In this document: in pieces, positions 16,974 through 27,394 of the stretch
Position numbering within the stretch: the first letter of the stretch is position 1
Layout: the number at the start of each line of letters is the position of its first letter
NCBI GenBank assembly: GCA_017391905.1
Contig: JAFOWX010000025.1
Location: forward strand, 12,943 to 76,942
Direction of reading: 5' to 3'
Source: Paludibacteraceae bacterium
GTDB taxonomy: Bacteria > Bacteroidota > Bacteroidia > Bacteroidales > Paludibacteraceae
Length of the DNA stretch: 64,000 bases
Position numbers and translations under genes: made by a program
Notes under the pieces: model-generated
The model's database searches: none
Told to the model about the DNA's origin: nothing
What the model saw: only the letters and a program-made list of their open reading frames with translations

Positions 16974-18980
16974 ATGAAATTCAAACACTTATTACTATTT
17001 ACCTTTACCTTACTTGCCATGATGACTGCATGCAATAAAACGCCCCAAAAGTATAATTCTTACTACGAATACCCCGAATATACCGGCAATGATTTAGAAT
17101 ACGTATATTCACCCCAACAAACCACCTTTAAGCTATGGTCGCCAGAGGCCGAACAAGTAAACCTACACCTTTACAACCAAGGTTTGGGTGGCGAACGCCT
17201 TAACACTTTAAACATGGAATATGTTGGCGAAGGCGTATGGGAAATTACCATCAAAGAAGATTTAAAAGGCAAATTTTACACTTTCCAAATTATGCACGAA
17301 GGCCAATGGCTTTCTGAAAGCGTAGGCGCATACGCCAAAGCTGTGGGTGTAAACGCTGTACGCGGAGCTGTTATTGATTTTGCAGACACCAATCCCGAAG
17401 GCTGGGAAAACGACATTCGTCCCGCACAAAAAAACTTTACAGACATTATTTTGTACGAAGTTCACGTACGCGACTTTTCTGTTTCGCCTAATTCGGGCAT
17501 GAAAAACAAAGGCAAATTCTTGGCCTTTACAGAAGAGGGAACCAAAAACAGCTACGGTCAAGCCACCGGTATTGACCACTTGAAAGAATTAGGTGTTACC
17601 CACGTACACTTATTGCCTGCTTTCGACTACAACTCTATAGACGAAACCACGTTAGAAAAGAACCTTTACAACTGGGGCTACGACCCTGCCAGCTTCAACG
17701 CACCAGAAGGTAGCTATTCTACCAACCCATACGACCCCATTTGCCGTATCAAAGAATTTAAACAAATGGTGCAAAGCTTGCACAAAAACGGCATGCGTGT
17801 TATTATGGACGTGGTGTACAACCACACCTCTAAATGGGAAGAACACCCCTTTACCTTAACCGTTCCCGGTTACTACTACCGCCAAAATGCCGATGGCAGC
17901 TACTCTAACGCTTCGGGTTGCGGCAACGAAACCGCATCGGAACGTGCCATGGTACGCCGTTACATCATCGAATCGCTAAAACACTGGGTAAACGAATACC
18001 ACGTGGACGGCTTCCGCTTTGACCTAATGGCTATTCATGACATTACCACCATGAACGAAATTCGCAAAGAATTAGACCAAATTGATCCTACTTTGTTTAT
18101 TTACGGAGAAGGCTGGACTGCAGCCGATTCTCCGCTTCCATACGAACAACGCGCTGTTAAACAACACGTAAACAGAATGCCCGGTATTGCCGTATTTAGC
18201 GACGATATTCGTGACGGTTTGCGCGGTGGTTGGGCAGATGCCAAAACCCCTGCTTTTGCTTGTGGCAACCAAGGTTACGACGAAACCATTAAATTTGGTG
18301 CAGTAGCCGCCACCCCACACGACAGCATCCACTACGGTTTGGTTAACTACTCACACAACCCTTACGCTGCACAACCCAGCCAAGTAATCAACTACGTTTC
18401 TTGCCACGACGACATGTGCTTGAACGACAAGATTTCTTACTCGGCACCTTACGGCAGCACCCCACAAGAAATGCGCAAATACAACCGTTTGGCACAAAGT
18501 ATTATCTTACTTTCGCAAGGTGTTCCCTTTATTTATGCCGGCGAAGAAATTATGCGCAACAAACAAGGCGTACACAACACGTATCAATCGCCCGACAGCA
18601 TCAACCAAATTAACTGGGACTTTAAACACAAAGAAGAGCCCATGTTTAACTACTACAAAGGCTTAATGGCATTGCGTAACGCACACCCTGCCTTTAGAAT
18701 GCCAACCACCCAAATGCTACAAGAAAACCTACATTTCTTGTACACCGGACAAGCCTGCGTAGTGGCCTATACCATCGAGAACAACGCCAACGGCGATAGC
18801 TGGAACCGTATTTTGGTGGTTCACAACGGCAACCGCCACGTCATTAACCTAAACATTCCACAAGATAACTGGACCGTGGCTTGCAACGGCGAAGAAGTAA
18901 AACTAAACGGTATTTTTAACTGGAACAAAAATACCTTGCCTGTTCCTGCTTCTTCTACCATGGTATTGTTTAGAAAATAA
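16974..18980 (+). CDS. pulA: type I pullulanase (GH13), lipoprotein
   Basis: Lipobox MTAC. Motifs include YNWGYDP, DVVYNHT, GFRFDLM, YGEGW and YVSCHD. Confidence 0.9.
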   Translation: MKFKHLLLFTFTLLAMMTACNKTPQKYNSYYEYPEYTGNDLEYVYSPQQTTFKLWSPEAEQVNLHLYNQGLGGERLNTLNMEYVGEGVWEITIKEDLKGKFYTFQIMHEGQWLSESVGAYAKAVGVNAVRGAVIDFADTNPEGWENDIRPAQKNFTDIILYEVHVRDFSVSPNSGMKNKGKFLAFTEEGTKNSYGQATGIDHLKELGVTHVHLLPAFDYNSIDETTLEKNLYNWGYDPASFNAPEGSYSTNPYDPICRIKEFKQMVQSLHKNGMRVIMDVVYNHTSKWEEHPFTLTVPGYYYRQNADGSYSNASGCGNETASERAMVRRYIIESLKHWVNEYHVDGFRFDLMAIHDITTMNEIRKELDQIDPTLFIYGEGWTAADSPLPYEQRAVKQHVNRMPGIAVFSDDIRDGLRGGWADAKTPAFACGNQGYDETIKFGAVAATPHDSIHYGLVNYSHNPYAAQPSQVINYVSCHDDMCLNDKISYSAPYGSTPQEMRKYNRLAQSIILLSQGVPFIYAGEEIMRNKQGVHNTYQSPDSINQINWDFKHKEEPMFNYYKGLMALRNAHPAFRMPTTQMLQENLHFLYTGQACVVAYTIENNANGDSWNRILVVHNGNRHVINLNIPQDNWTVACNGEEVKLNGIFNWNKNTLPVPASSTMVLFRK

Positions 18981-18986
18981 TTAGCC

Positions 18987-19760
18987 ATGACAACCCACCA
19001 ACTGTGCGACATACTAAACCAATTTGCCCCACTATCTTTGCAAGATAGCTGGGACAACTCTGGTTTACAAATTGATAACAACAACGCCATAGTAACGGGG
19101 GTCTTAATTTGTTTGGATATTACCGAACAAAGCCTGCAAGAAGCCATTGAAAAAGGCTGTAATGTCATTGTAGCACACCATCCCCTATTGTTTCAGGGCG
19201 TAAAACAAATAGGCCACAACAATTACATACACCGTTGCATCCGCTTAGCCATTTTGCACCAGATTGCCATTTATGCCAACCACACCCCACTTGACAAAGT
19301 ACAGGGTGGTACCAATTGGCTATTGGGCACACAAATAGGTTTGCAACACATAACCTACCTGCAAACGGGCGAAACGCCCTCTTACGGCATTATAGGCGAG
19401 TTGACGCAACCCATGGATCAAACCGCCTTTGTAAACACCCTAAAAGAAAAGTTAGGCATTGCCCAAATAAGAGGCTCGCAAATGGGCAAAACCCCCATTA
19501 AGCGAGTGGCTATTTGTAGCGGAAGTGGCTCGTTTCTAATAGATAACGCCATGGCTTGCCAAGCAGATGCTTTTATATGCGGTGATTTAAAGCACCACGA
19601 TTTTCACAAAGCGGATAACCGTCTATTATTGTTGGATATTGGTCATTTTGAATCGGAAATTGGCACAAAAGAACTTTTTTTTAGCTTACTTTCAAAAAAA
19701 ATACCTACCTTTGTCCTTCATTTGTCTGAAAAAGAAAGAAGTCCTATTTATTGTTACTAA
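18987..19760 (+). CDS. Nif3-like dinuclear metal-centre protein
   Basis: WDNSGLQ, VIVAHHPLLF, and a C-terminal GDLKHHDF...GHFESE. Confidence 0.85.
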   Translation: MTTHQLCDILNQFAPLSLQDSWDNSGLQIDNNNAIVTGVLICLDITEQSLQEAIEKGCNVIVAHHPLLFQGVKQIGHNNYIHRCIRLAILHQIAIYANHTPLDKVQGGTNWLLGTQIGLQHITYLQTGETPSYGIIGELTQPMDQTAFVNTLKEKLGIAQIRGSQMGKTPIKRVAICSGSGSFLIDNAMACQADAFICGDLKHHDFHKADNRLLLLDIGHFESEIGTKELFFSLLSKKIPTFVLHLSEKERSPIYCY

Positions 19761-19772
19761 AACTCACTCTAT

Positions 19773-20534
19773 ATGGCAGAAAAAAAAGTTGAAGTTACTG
19801 AAATTTCGGTAGAAGAAAGATTAAATGCACTGTACAAATTGCAAACCATTATGTCTGAAATAGACAAATATACCATTCTACGTGGCGAACTTCCCGGCGA
19901 AGTACAAGACTTAGAAGACGAAATTATGGGCTTGCAAACACGTACACAAAACTACGCAACCGAAATTAGCAATTTGCAAAAAGACATAGTAAAACACAAC
20001 GAAGCCATTGCTACCTCTTCGGCAAACCGCGCACGCTTCCAAGAACAATTGAACAATGTTCGAAACAACCGCGAATTTGATCACTTGAGCAAAGAAGTGG
20101 AATACGAAAGCCTTGAAATTGAATTGTCAGAAAAAAGGATTCGTGAATGTAACGTTGCCATTGAACGTAAAAAAGAAGAACAAGAAAAAACCGCTGCTAT
20201 CATTGCTGAAAAAACAGCTATCTTAAACGAAAAGAAAGAAGAATTGGATAGCATCATTGTAGAAACCAAACAAGAGGTAGAACGCCTACGCGAAGAAGCT
20301 AAAAACGTAGAAACCAAAATTGAGCCTCGTTTGTTACAAGCATTTAAACGTATCCGTAAAAATGCACGCAACGGTTTGGCTGTGGTGTACATTGAACGTG
20401 ATGCTTGCGGTGGTTGCTTCAATAAAATTCCAGCACAACGTCAATTGGATATTCGCTTGCGCAAAAAAATCATTGTTTGCGAACACTGCGGACGTATCTT
20501 GGTTGACCCTGAATTAGCAGGTGTAACTGAATAA
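19773..20534 (+). CDS. coiled-coil / C4 zinc-ribbon protein (DUF164-like Nif3 partner)
   Basis: Long coiled coil, then CGGCFNKIP...CEHCGRIL. The position after nif3 is typical. Confidence 0.8.
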   Translation: MAEKKVEVTEISVEERLNALYKLQTIMSEIDKYTILRGELPGEVQDLEDEIMGLQTRTQNYATEISNLQKDIVKHNEAIATSSANRARFQEQLNNVRNNREFDHLSKEVEYESLEIELSEKRIRECNVAIERKKEEQEKTAAIIAEKTAILNEKKEELDSIIVETKQEVERLREEAKNVETKIEPRLLQAFKRIRKNARNGLAVVYIERDACGGCFNKIPAQRQLDIRLRKKIIVCEHCGRILVDPELAGVTE

Positions 20535-20553
20535 GCAATACCTATTACCCCAT

Positions 20554-20589
20554 AAAAAAAAGACCAAAGTTTACGCTTTGGTCTTTTTT
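20554..20589. terminator. bidirectional terminator between convergent genes
   Basis: A-run, then AGACCAAAG / CTTTGGTCT stem, then T-run. Confidence 0.8.
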
Positions 20590-20593
20590 ATTG

Positions 20594-21715
20594 CTATAAA
20601 CGTTTTACCATATCTTTGGCAGCTGTGTCCGATGCTACATCAGTACCCAAGTTTTGCGCCATGGCTTGATAATCGGCACGTATGCGCTCGTTATAGGCTT
20701 TATCGTGCAACAAACGTTGCAACTCTGCAGTAAGATTCTTGGCATTAAAATGATGCCCTAACAGCTCTTTTACCACCTCTTTTTGGGCAATGATATTCAC
20801 CAACGAAACAAGCGGAATTTTTACCAACATACGCAAAAAGGGCAGCGCAATGCGCGAGCAGGTAATGGCATAACACACCACCTGCGGAAGATTAAAGAGG
20901 CCTGTTTCGAGCGTAGCTGTACCCGAATTGATTGCGCCCACGGTAGCGTGTTGCAACAAGGCATAGGTTTGGTCAAATACCACGCTGATATGTGCAGGAA
21001 CATCCTTGTATAGTTCTGGCAAAACAGCCGATGTTGCCGCCAATACCAATTGACAGCCTTTAAAATCGTCTGGATTCAAAGCGGCGTACACTTTTAGGCT
21101 ATCCACCACTTCTTGTTTGCGGCTACCTGGTAGCAAGGCAATAAGTGGTTTATCGGGTAAATTATTTTGCTGCAAGAATGCCTCACGTGTAGGCAAGTTT
21201 TTTTGCCCGATGGAAACGGTTTGCACCGAAGGGTTGCCCACATACAGTGCATCAACCCCATGTTTGGCGTAAAAATACACCTCAAAGGGAAAGATGGCAT
21301 ATACGCGATCTACGTATTTTTTTATTTGTTCAATACGGTGTTCTTTCCATGCCCAAATTTTGGGTGGTATGTAGTAGTAAACCGGCAACTGCAAGTTTTC
21401 TTTTACGTACTTGGCTATTTTTAGGTTAAAACCAGGGTAGTCTATAAGAATAACCACATGAGGCTTATACGCAGCTATGTCTTCTTGGCAGTGCTTAATA
21501 TTGCGTAATATAGTGCGCAAATGCGTAAGCACACGTACAAAGCCCATAATGGCTGTATCGCGGTAATGACGCACCAACTCGCCCCCTTCGGCTTGCATTT
21601 TATCTCCGCCGTAGTACCTAAACTCGGCATGGGGGTCTGTTTGTTTGAGCGAGCGTATCAGGTTTGAGCCATGTAAATCGCCCGAAGGTTCGCCTGCTAT
21701 TAGATAGTATCGCAT
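20594..21715 (-). CDS. lpxB: lipid-A-disaccharide synthase LpxB
   Basis: N-terminus YYLIAGEPSGDLHGSNLIRSLK, and GTATLE. Confidence 0.9.
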   Translation of the reverse strand: MRYYLIAGEPSGDLHGSNLIRSLKQTDPHAEFRYYGGDKMQAEGGELVRHYRDTAIMGFVRVLTHLRTILRNIKHCQEDIAAYKPHVVILIDYPGFNLKIAKYVKENLQLPVYYYIPPKIWAWKEHRIEQIKKYVDRVYAIFPFEVYFYAKHGVDALYVGNPSVQTVSIGQKNLPTREAFLQQNNLPDKPLIALLPGSRKQEVVDSLKVYAALNPDDFKGCQLVLAATSAVLPELYKDVPAHISVVFDQTYALLQHATVGAINSGTATLETGLFNLPQVVCYAITCSRIALPFLRMLVKIPLVSLVNIIAQKEVVKELLGHHFNAKNLTAELQRLLHDKAYNERIRADYQAMAQNLGTDVASDTAAKDMVKRL

Positions 21716-21718
21716 AAA

Positions 21719-21997
21719 TTACGTAAATAGGTAAAACAACGTGCACAAGTAGGGGGCTAAGCCCAACACACCTCCTCGGCAAAAAGTAAAACAGTCCGAT
21801 TTGTAACCTAAAAACAGCAATACCAAATCGGGCAACATGCAAAACAATAAGTATTGCATAAAGACAGGCGCTCTAAGCCACAAGTGCACTTCGGCAAGCG
21901 GCGCGTTGGACACAGGTGTCCAGGTGCACACAAACACCAACAAAGGCAGTAGCAAGCAAAGCAGCAAACCTATCCAAGATTTATTGATTTTCTTCAT
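21719..21997 (-). CDS. small hypothetical membrane protein
   Basis: 92-aa ORF with 3 hydrophobic segments, wedged between surE and lpxB with a 17-nt overlap on surE. Confidence 0.45.
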   Translation of the reverse strand: MKKINKSWIGLLLCLLLPLLVFVCTWTPVSNAPLAEVHLWLRAPVFMQYLLFCMLPDLVLLFLGYKSDCFTFCRGGVLGLAPYLCTLFYLFT

Positions 21998-22751
21998 TCC
22001 AATGAGCTAATTGTTGCACGGTTGGGTAATGGGTAAAATCTACCTGACAAGGCACTATGGCTACATAGCCATGCTCCATGGCGTATTGGTCTGTATCTGT
22101 AGCCTCAGGCTCAAGGTTTAAAAACTCGCCCGTTAGCCAATAGTAATTGTTACCACCGGGGTCTTGACGGCACACAAAACGTTCGTTCCAACGGCCATAG
22201 CATTGACGGCACACGCGCATGCCTTTTAGGTTTTGTCCCAATGGAATGTTTACGTTTAAGCAAACATCCTTTGGCAACCCCTCTGCCAATACCTTTTGGG
22301 TTATGATAACGGCGTATTTTACCGCTTCCGAAAAATCGGCACGGGGATCGTGGCTATCTAACGAAAAACCAATGGCGGGAATCCCCTCTGTACAGCCTTC
22401 AAACACCGCACCCATGGTACCCGAATACAACACATTGATGGCCGAGTTGGTGCCGTGGTTAATACCTGCCAAAATTAGGTCTGGCTGACGGTCTAAAATG
22501 GTGTAAAGCGCCAACTTTACACAATCGCAAGGCGTACCATTGCAACGATACATTTTTAGCCCATCTTTTTCCAAGTGTTTCCAAAAACGCAAGTGCGTAT
22601 TAACAGTAATAGCACTTGACTGTGCCGAACGAGGCCCGTCAGGTGCTACTACCACAATATCGCCCAAATGACGTACAGCATCTACCAAAGAGTGAATCCC
22701 CCTGGCTTCGATGCCATCGTCGTTGGTTATTAAAATGAGTGGACGTTTCAT
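21981..22751 (-). CDS. surE: 5'/3'-nucleotidase SurE
   Basis: ILITNDDGIEARGI, GINHGTN and YSGTMGAVFEG. Confidence 0.93.
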   Translation of the reverse strand: MKRPLILITNDDGIEARGIHSLVDAVRHLGDIVVVAPDGPRSAQSSAITVNTHLRFWKHLEKDGLKMYRCNGTPCDCVKLALYTILDRQPDLILAGINHGTNSAINVLYSGTMGAVFEGCTEGIPAIGFSLDSHDPRADFSEAVKYAVIITQKVLAEGLPKDVCLNVNIPLGQNLKGMRVCRQCYGRWNERFVCRQDPGGNNYYWLTGEFLNLEPEATDTDQYAMEHGYVAIVPCQVDFTHYPTVQQLAHWNEENQ

Positions 22752-23147
22752 TTACTGAATGTTGTGTTGTTTTAATACAGCTACGGCTGCTTCTAAATTA
22801 TCGGGTCGAATAGCTACGCTGGCGGTATCGCCTTCGGAGAAGGCATACATGTACTCAATGTAAATATTAGCGGCTGCCAATAAATCCAACACGGCATACA
22901 ACGAACCGGGTGTATTGTCCACGTGAAGCGTTAGCACGTCGGTAATTTTAACGGCAAAACCGTTTTCTTTTAAAATTTGATAGGCTTTATCGGTGTCCGA
23001 AACCAATACACGCAAAATGCCAAAATCGGTATTGTCGGCAATGCTAAAGGCTTTCATGTTGATAGCCGATTCCGACAAGATTTTTGCCACGTCGTTTAAA
23101 CGACCGGTTTTGTTTTCCAAAAAAATAGACAATTGTTTGGTAATCAT
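22752..23147 (-). CDS. ACT-domain protein
   Basis: Two ACT-like halves (LSIFLENKTGRLNDVAKIL and LHVDNTPGSLYAVLDLL). It sits downstream of the PaaK-like ligase. Confidence 0.75.
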   Translation of the reverse strand: MITKQLSIFLENKTGRLNDVAKILSESAINMKAFSIADNTDFGILRVLVSDTDKAYQILKENGFAVKITDVLTLHVDNTPGSLYAVLDLLAAANIYIEYMYAFSEGDTASVAIRPDNLEAAVAVLKQHNIQ

Positions 23148-23165
23148 AGGTCTTTATTTTAAGGA

Positions 23166-24467
23166 TTATTGAAATTTACGTTTGTCTAACACGCGTTTGG
23201 CTTTGCCTTGGCTACGTTCTATAGAACGAGGTTCGGACAAAATAATATTGGGCGAAATGCCAATAACGCTTTGCAACTTGCTAACTACTTTCTTTTGTAG
23301 TTTTATCATACCTTTCATATCGTCGGTATAGTATTGTTCTTTTACTTCTACTTGGATATCAAAGGTATCGGTGTTGTTTACGCGATCTACGGTAATAAAG
23401 AAGTGTGGTTCTACTTCTTCCATTTCGCAAAGAACGGATTCTACCTGCGATGGGAATACGTTAACACCACGAATAATAAGCATATCGTCGCTACGACCCA
23501 TAATTTTTTCCATGCGCACGGTGGTACGGCCACATTGGCATTTTTCGTAAATAAGGCGGGTAAGGTCGCGGGTACGGAAACGGATAAGTGGCATACCCTC
23601 TTTGGTAAGGGTGGTAAATACCAACTCGCCGGTAGATCCTTCGGGCAAGGCTTCGCCTGTTTCGGGGTCGATGATTTCGGGATAGAAATGGTCGTCGTGC
23701 AAGTGGGTTCCGCATTGGAATTCACATTCGTGACCTACCCCGGGGCCGATAATCTCGGTCAAACCGTAAATATCGTAGGCCTTAATTTGCATGCGTTGTT
23801 CTATTTCTTTGCGCATGGCTTCGGTCCAAGGTTCTGCCCCTAACACGCCTATTTTCAGTTTAAATTCGCTGCGTGGAATGCCCGATTTTTCCATGGCTTC
23901 GGCCAAATATAGGGCATACGATGGGGTACAAGCCAAAGCGGTAGCACCCAAGTCGCGCATCATAAGCATTTGTTTTTCGGTATTACCTGTGGACATAGGA
24001 ATAACGGTTGCTCCTAAGTTTTGACCAGCACCATGTGCGCCCAAACCACCTGTAAACAAGCCGTATCCGTATGATACTTGAAATACATCGTTGCGTCCCA
24101 TACCAAAGGCTGCTAAGCAACGAGCACCTACCTCTTCCCAAATTTTAATATCGCCTGCGGTATAGCCAGCCACAATGGGTTTACCTGTGGTACCCGATGA
24201 GGCGTGAATGCGCACAATATCCGAAAGGGGTGCCGAAAGCAAGCCCCATGGGTAATAATCGCGCAAATCTTTTTTAGAGGTAAATGGCAACTTTACAATA
24301 TCGTCTATTGATTGAATGTCATTGGGTGTTACGCCTGCTTCTTGCATTCTTTTGCGGTAGGGTTCGCAATTGGCGTAAACTCTCTCTACTAATTTTTTTA
24401 GTCGTTCTGATTGCAAACGACGTTTTTCTTCGCGGCTCATACATTCTGCCGCCTCGTTCCAAATCAT
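23166..24467 (-). CDS. phenylacetate-CoA ligase family (PaaK-like) adenylate-forming enzyme
   Basis: SSGTTGKP, YGLTE and the DDMLIIRGVNVFPSQVE motifs. Confidence 0.88.
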   Translation of the reverse strand: MIWNEAAECMSREEKRRLQSERLKKLVERVYANCEPYRKRMQEAGVTPNDIQSIDDIVKLPFTSKKDLRDYYPWGLLSAPLSDIVRIHASSGTTGKPIVAGYTAGDIKIWEEVGARCLAAFGMGRNDVFQVSYGYGLFTGGLGAHGAGQNLGATVIPMSTGNTEKQMLMMRDLGATALACTPSYALYLAEAMEKSGIPRSEFKLKIGVLGAEPWTEAMRKEIEQRMQIKAYDIYGLTEIIGPGVGHECEFQCGTHLHDDHFYPEIIDPETGEALPEGSTGELVFTTLTKEGMPLIRFRTRDLTRLIYEKCQCGRTTVRMEKIMGRSDDMLIIRGVNVFPSQVESVLCEMEEVEPHFFITVDRVNNTDTFDIQVEVKEQYYTDDMKGMIKLQKKVVSKLQSVIGISPNIILSEPRSIERSQGKAKRVLDKRKFQ

Positions 24468-24554
24468 ATCTTTATATTGTTAATCAGTATATTGTCGGCA
24501 TTCCCCCTGCATTGCGGTTGCAAGCAACCTTAACACAGGGTTACAAATTAGGAA

Positions 24555-24569
24555 TACCCCTGCGGGGTA
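24555..24569 (-). terminator. short GC hairpin downstream of the hypothetical gene (weak terminator candidate)
   Basis: TACCCC tgc GGGGTA. A second palindrome, GGTTGCAAGCAACC, lies at 24516-24529. Confidence 0.3.
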
Positions 24570-24579
24570 ATGGATTTTT

Positions 24580-24924
24580 TTAGCTAATTAGTTTGCGAAG
24601 GTAGCTCATGAATAATTTGTCGTCCATGAGTGTTTTTTCGCGGTAATTAGCAAAATCTTCAAAATAATCGCTGTAAATATCTTCTAACAGTTCATCGGGC
24701 AACAAGCACTCCTTTTGTACCCTTTTGGCACACAAGCGACGGTAAAACTGCGCTGCTTTTAATTGTTCTTGCCAACCTGCCGGTTTTTCTTGGTCTATAA
24801 CGTGTTCTTTTTGCGTTAAGGTGTAAAAAAAGGCGTAAAACGTGGGTACATCGCCAAACCAAAGGTTTACGGCCGCGCGGGTATCGTCTGCCAGCTCTTG
24901 CAATCGTTTTTCGGCTACTGTCAT
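24580..24924 (-). CDS. hypothetical protein
   Basis: ORF taken from the internal ATG (MTVAEKRLQELADD...). No family recognised. Confidence 0.5.
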   Translation of the reverse strand: MTVAEKRLQELADDTRAAVNLWFGDVPTFYAFFYTLTQKEHVIDQEKPAGWQEQLKAAQFYRRLCAKRVQKECLLPDELLEDIYSDYFEDFANYREKTLMDDKLFMSYLRKLIS

Positions 24925-25014
24925 ATTATTACAAATGAATAACAAAGTTACTGCATTTTTTTGGGACAGCACATAGAAATGCCGGTTTTTTCGTTGTGAT
25001 TTTTACATTTTTTG

Positions 25015-25022
25015 TATCTTTG
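25015..25022 (+). promoter_or_regulatory. candidate -7 box TATCTTTG for pspC-uvrB
   Basis: TAnnTTTG match 33 nt upstream of the ATG at 25055. Confidence 0.4.
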
Positions 25023-25054
25023 TGCTCAACATAAACCTTTAAATTTTAACAAAA

Positions 25055-25243
25055 ATGGCAGAAAAAAAATTAGCCTTGTCTGCAACTGACAAAAAATTGG
25101 CTGGCGTATGCGGCGGTTTAGCCGAATTCTTTGGCATGGACTCAACCTTAATTCGCATCATCTTGGTATGCTGCGTTATTTTTGGCGGTTTTGGTATCTT
25201 GTTGTATCTAATCGCTTGGTTAGTAATGTCAATGTCTAAATAA
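25055..25243 (+). CDS. PspC-domain small membrane protein
   Basis: KKLAGVCGGLAEFFGMDSTLIRIILV, then a TM helix. Confidence 0.85.
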   Translation: MAEKKLALSATDKKLAGVCGGLAEFFGMDSTLIRIILVCCVIFGGFGILLYLIAWLVMSMSK

Positions 25244-25270
25244 TAGACACCTTACTTAGGAGTGTAATCC

Positions 25271-27301
25271 ATGCGTTTTGAACTGCAATCGGATTATAAG
25301 CCTACCGGCGATCAGCCTCAAGCTATTCGTCAATTGGTAAACGGTTTGAACGAGCACGAACCCTGTCAAACCTTATTAGGGGTAACCGGCTCGGGCAAAA
25401 CCTTTACCATTGCTAATGTAATTGCCCAAGTAAACAGGCCCACGTTGGTGCTTAGCCACAACAAAACCTTGGCGGCTCAGCTTTACAGCGAGTTTAAAAG
25501 TTTCTTTCCCAACAACGCGGTTGAGTACTTTGTATCTTACTACGACTACTACCAACCCGAGGCTTACATTCCCACTACCGACACATACATAGAAAAAGAC
25601 CTTGCCATAAACGAGGAAATAGACCGTTTACGCCTTTCTGCCACGTCTGCTTTGCTTTCGGGCCGAAAAGACGTTATTGTGGTATCGTCCGTATCGTGCA
25701 TCTACGGCATTGGCAACCCCGAAGATTTTACCAAAAACCAGGTACACATACACGTAGGGCAAAAAATTGTACGCGATGTATTTTTGCGCAACTTGGTTTC
25801 GGCCATGTATAGCCGCAACGAAATGGATTTTGGCCGTACCAACTTTAGGGTAAAAGGCGACACGGTGGATATCTGGCTTTCGCACACCGATGTGATTGTA
25901 CGTGTTATTTTTTGGGACGATGAAATTGAAAGCATCGAACTATTGGATGCCGTTACGTTTCACACATTAGAAATATTAGACCAATACAACATACCCCCCT
26001 CTACCATTTTTGTTACCACGCCCGAAAATACCAAACGTGCCATTAAAGAAATTGAGCTGGATTTGGGCAAGCAAGTGGAGTATTTGCAGTCTATTGGCAA
26101 GCCGTACGAGGCTAAACGCCTATACGAACGCACTACGTACGATTTGGAAATGATTCGTGAAATTGGGTATTGCTCGGGCGTAGAAAACTACTCGCGCTAC
26201 TTTGATGGACGCGAAGCCGGCACCCCACCCTTTTGCCTGTTAGACTTTTTTTCGGACGATTTTTTATTGGTTATAGACGAAAGCCACGTTACCGTACCGC
26301 AAATTCATGCCATGTACGGGGGCGATGCAGCGCGCAAAAAGAACTTGGTGGAATACGGTTTCCGTTTGCCAGCCGCCATGGACAACCGCCCGCTAAAATT
26401 TGAAGAATTTGAGGCCAAACAAGGGCAAACTATTTACGTAAGTGCAACCCCTGCCGATTACGAACTAAACAAATGCGGCGGCGTGGTGGTGGAACAAATT
26501 ATACGCCCCACCGGGTTGTTAGACCCCGAAATTGAGGTTAGACCCAGCAAAAATCAGATAGACGACCTTTTGGAAGAAATTGCCGTTAGGGCCGAAAAAG
26601 ACGAGCGCACCTTGGTTACCACGCTTACCAAACGCATGGCAGAGGAGTTAGACGTTTTCTTAAAGAAAAACGGTGTACGCAGTACCTATATTCACTCGGA
26701 CATTGATACCTTGGAGCGTGTGCAAATTTTGGAAGATTTGCGCAAAGGCCTATACGATGTGCTAATTGGGGTAAACTTATTGCGCGAGGGCATAGACTTG
26801 CCCCAAGTGTCGTTGGTAGCCATTTTGGATGCCGACAAGGAAGGTTTCTTGCGTTCGCACCGCTCACTTACCCAAACGGCGGGGCGTGCAGCGCGTAACC
26901 TTAACGGCAAGGTTCTGATGTATGCCGACACCATTACGGATAGCATGCGCAAAACCATAGACGAAACCAACCGTCGCCGTGCCATTCAGCAAGCCTATAA
27001 CAAGGCCAACGGCATTACGCCTAAGGCACTGTCTAAAAAAGCGGCTCACGCACTGAGTGGCTACGAAATTACAAACGAAAAGAGCCCCTTTGACAAGCTC
27101 AGGGACCGTATAAACGAGCCTTCTAAACTAACTGCCGTTGCCGCCGACCCTGTTATTGAACACATGAGCAAAGCGCAATTGGAAAAAGCCATTGCTGCTA
27201 CCAAAAAACTGATGTTGGAAGCATCCAAAAACTTAGACTTTCTACAAGCTGCCCAATACCGCGACGAAATGCTCCGCCTACAGGATTTATTAGAGAAGTA
27301 A
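25271..27301 (+). CDS. uvrB: excinuclease ABC subunit UvrB
   Basis: GVTGSGKT, DESH, and the C-terminal UVR motif LDFLQAAQYRDEMLRLQ. Confidence 0.97.
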   Translation: MRFELQSDYKPTGDQPQAIRQLVNGLNEHEPCQTLLGVTGSGKTFTIANVIAQVNRPTLVLSHNKTLAAQLYSEFKSFFPNNAVEYFVSYYDYYQPEAYIPTTDTYIEKDLAINEEIDRLRLSATSALLSGRKDVIVVSSVSCIYGIGNPEDFTKNQVHIHVGQKIVRDVFLRNLVSAMYSRNEMDFGRTNFRVKGDTVDIWLSHTDVIVRVIFWDDEIESIELLDAVTFHTLEILDQYNIPPSTIFVTTPENTKRAIKEIELDLGKQVEYLQSIGKPYEAKRLYERTTYDLEMIREIGYCSGVENYSRYFDGREAGTPPFCLLDFFSDDFLLVIDESHVTVPQIHAMYGGDAARKKNLVEYGFRLPAAMDNRPLKFEEFEAKQGQTIYVSATPADYELNKCGGVVVEQIIRPTGLLDPEIEVRPSKNQIDDLLEEIAVRAEKDERTLVTTLTKRMAEELDVFLKKNGVRSTYIHSDIDTLERVQILEDLRKGLYDVLIGVNLLREGIDLPQVSLVAILDADKEGFLRSHRSLTQTAGRAARNLNGKVLMYADTITDSMRKTIDETNRRRAIQQAYNKANGITPKALSKKAAHALSGYEITNEKSPFDKLRDRINEPSKLTAVAADPVIEHMSKAQLEKAIAATKKLMLEASKNLDFLQAAQYRDEMLRLQDLLEK

Positions 27302-27355
27302 AATTCCTTGTAGTCGAAAATTTAGACCGCATAAATTTTAACCCCGTACAACAAA

Positions 27356-27394
27356 GGAGTTGAATAAAAAGAGGTAATTCAACTCCGTATTTTA
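27356..27394. terminator. terminator hairpin between convergent uvrB and the transporter gene
   Basis: GGAGTTGAAT / ATTCAACTCC stem followed by GTATTTTAT. Confidence 0.75.
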
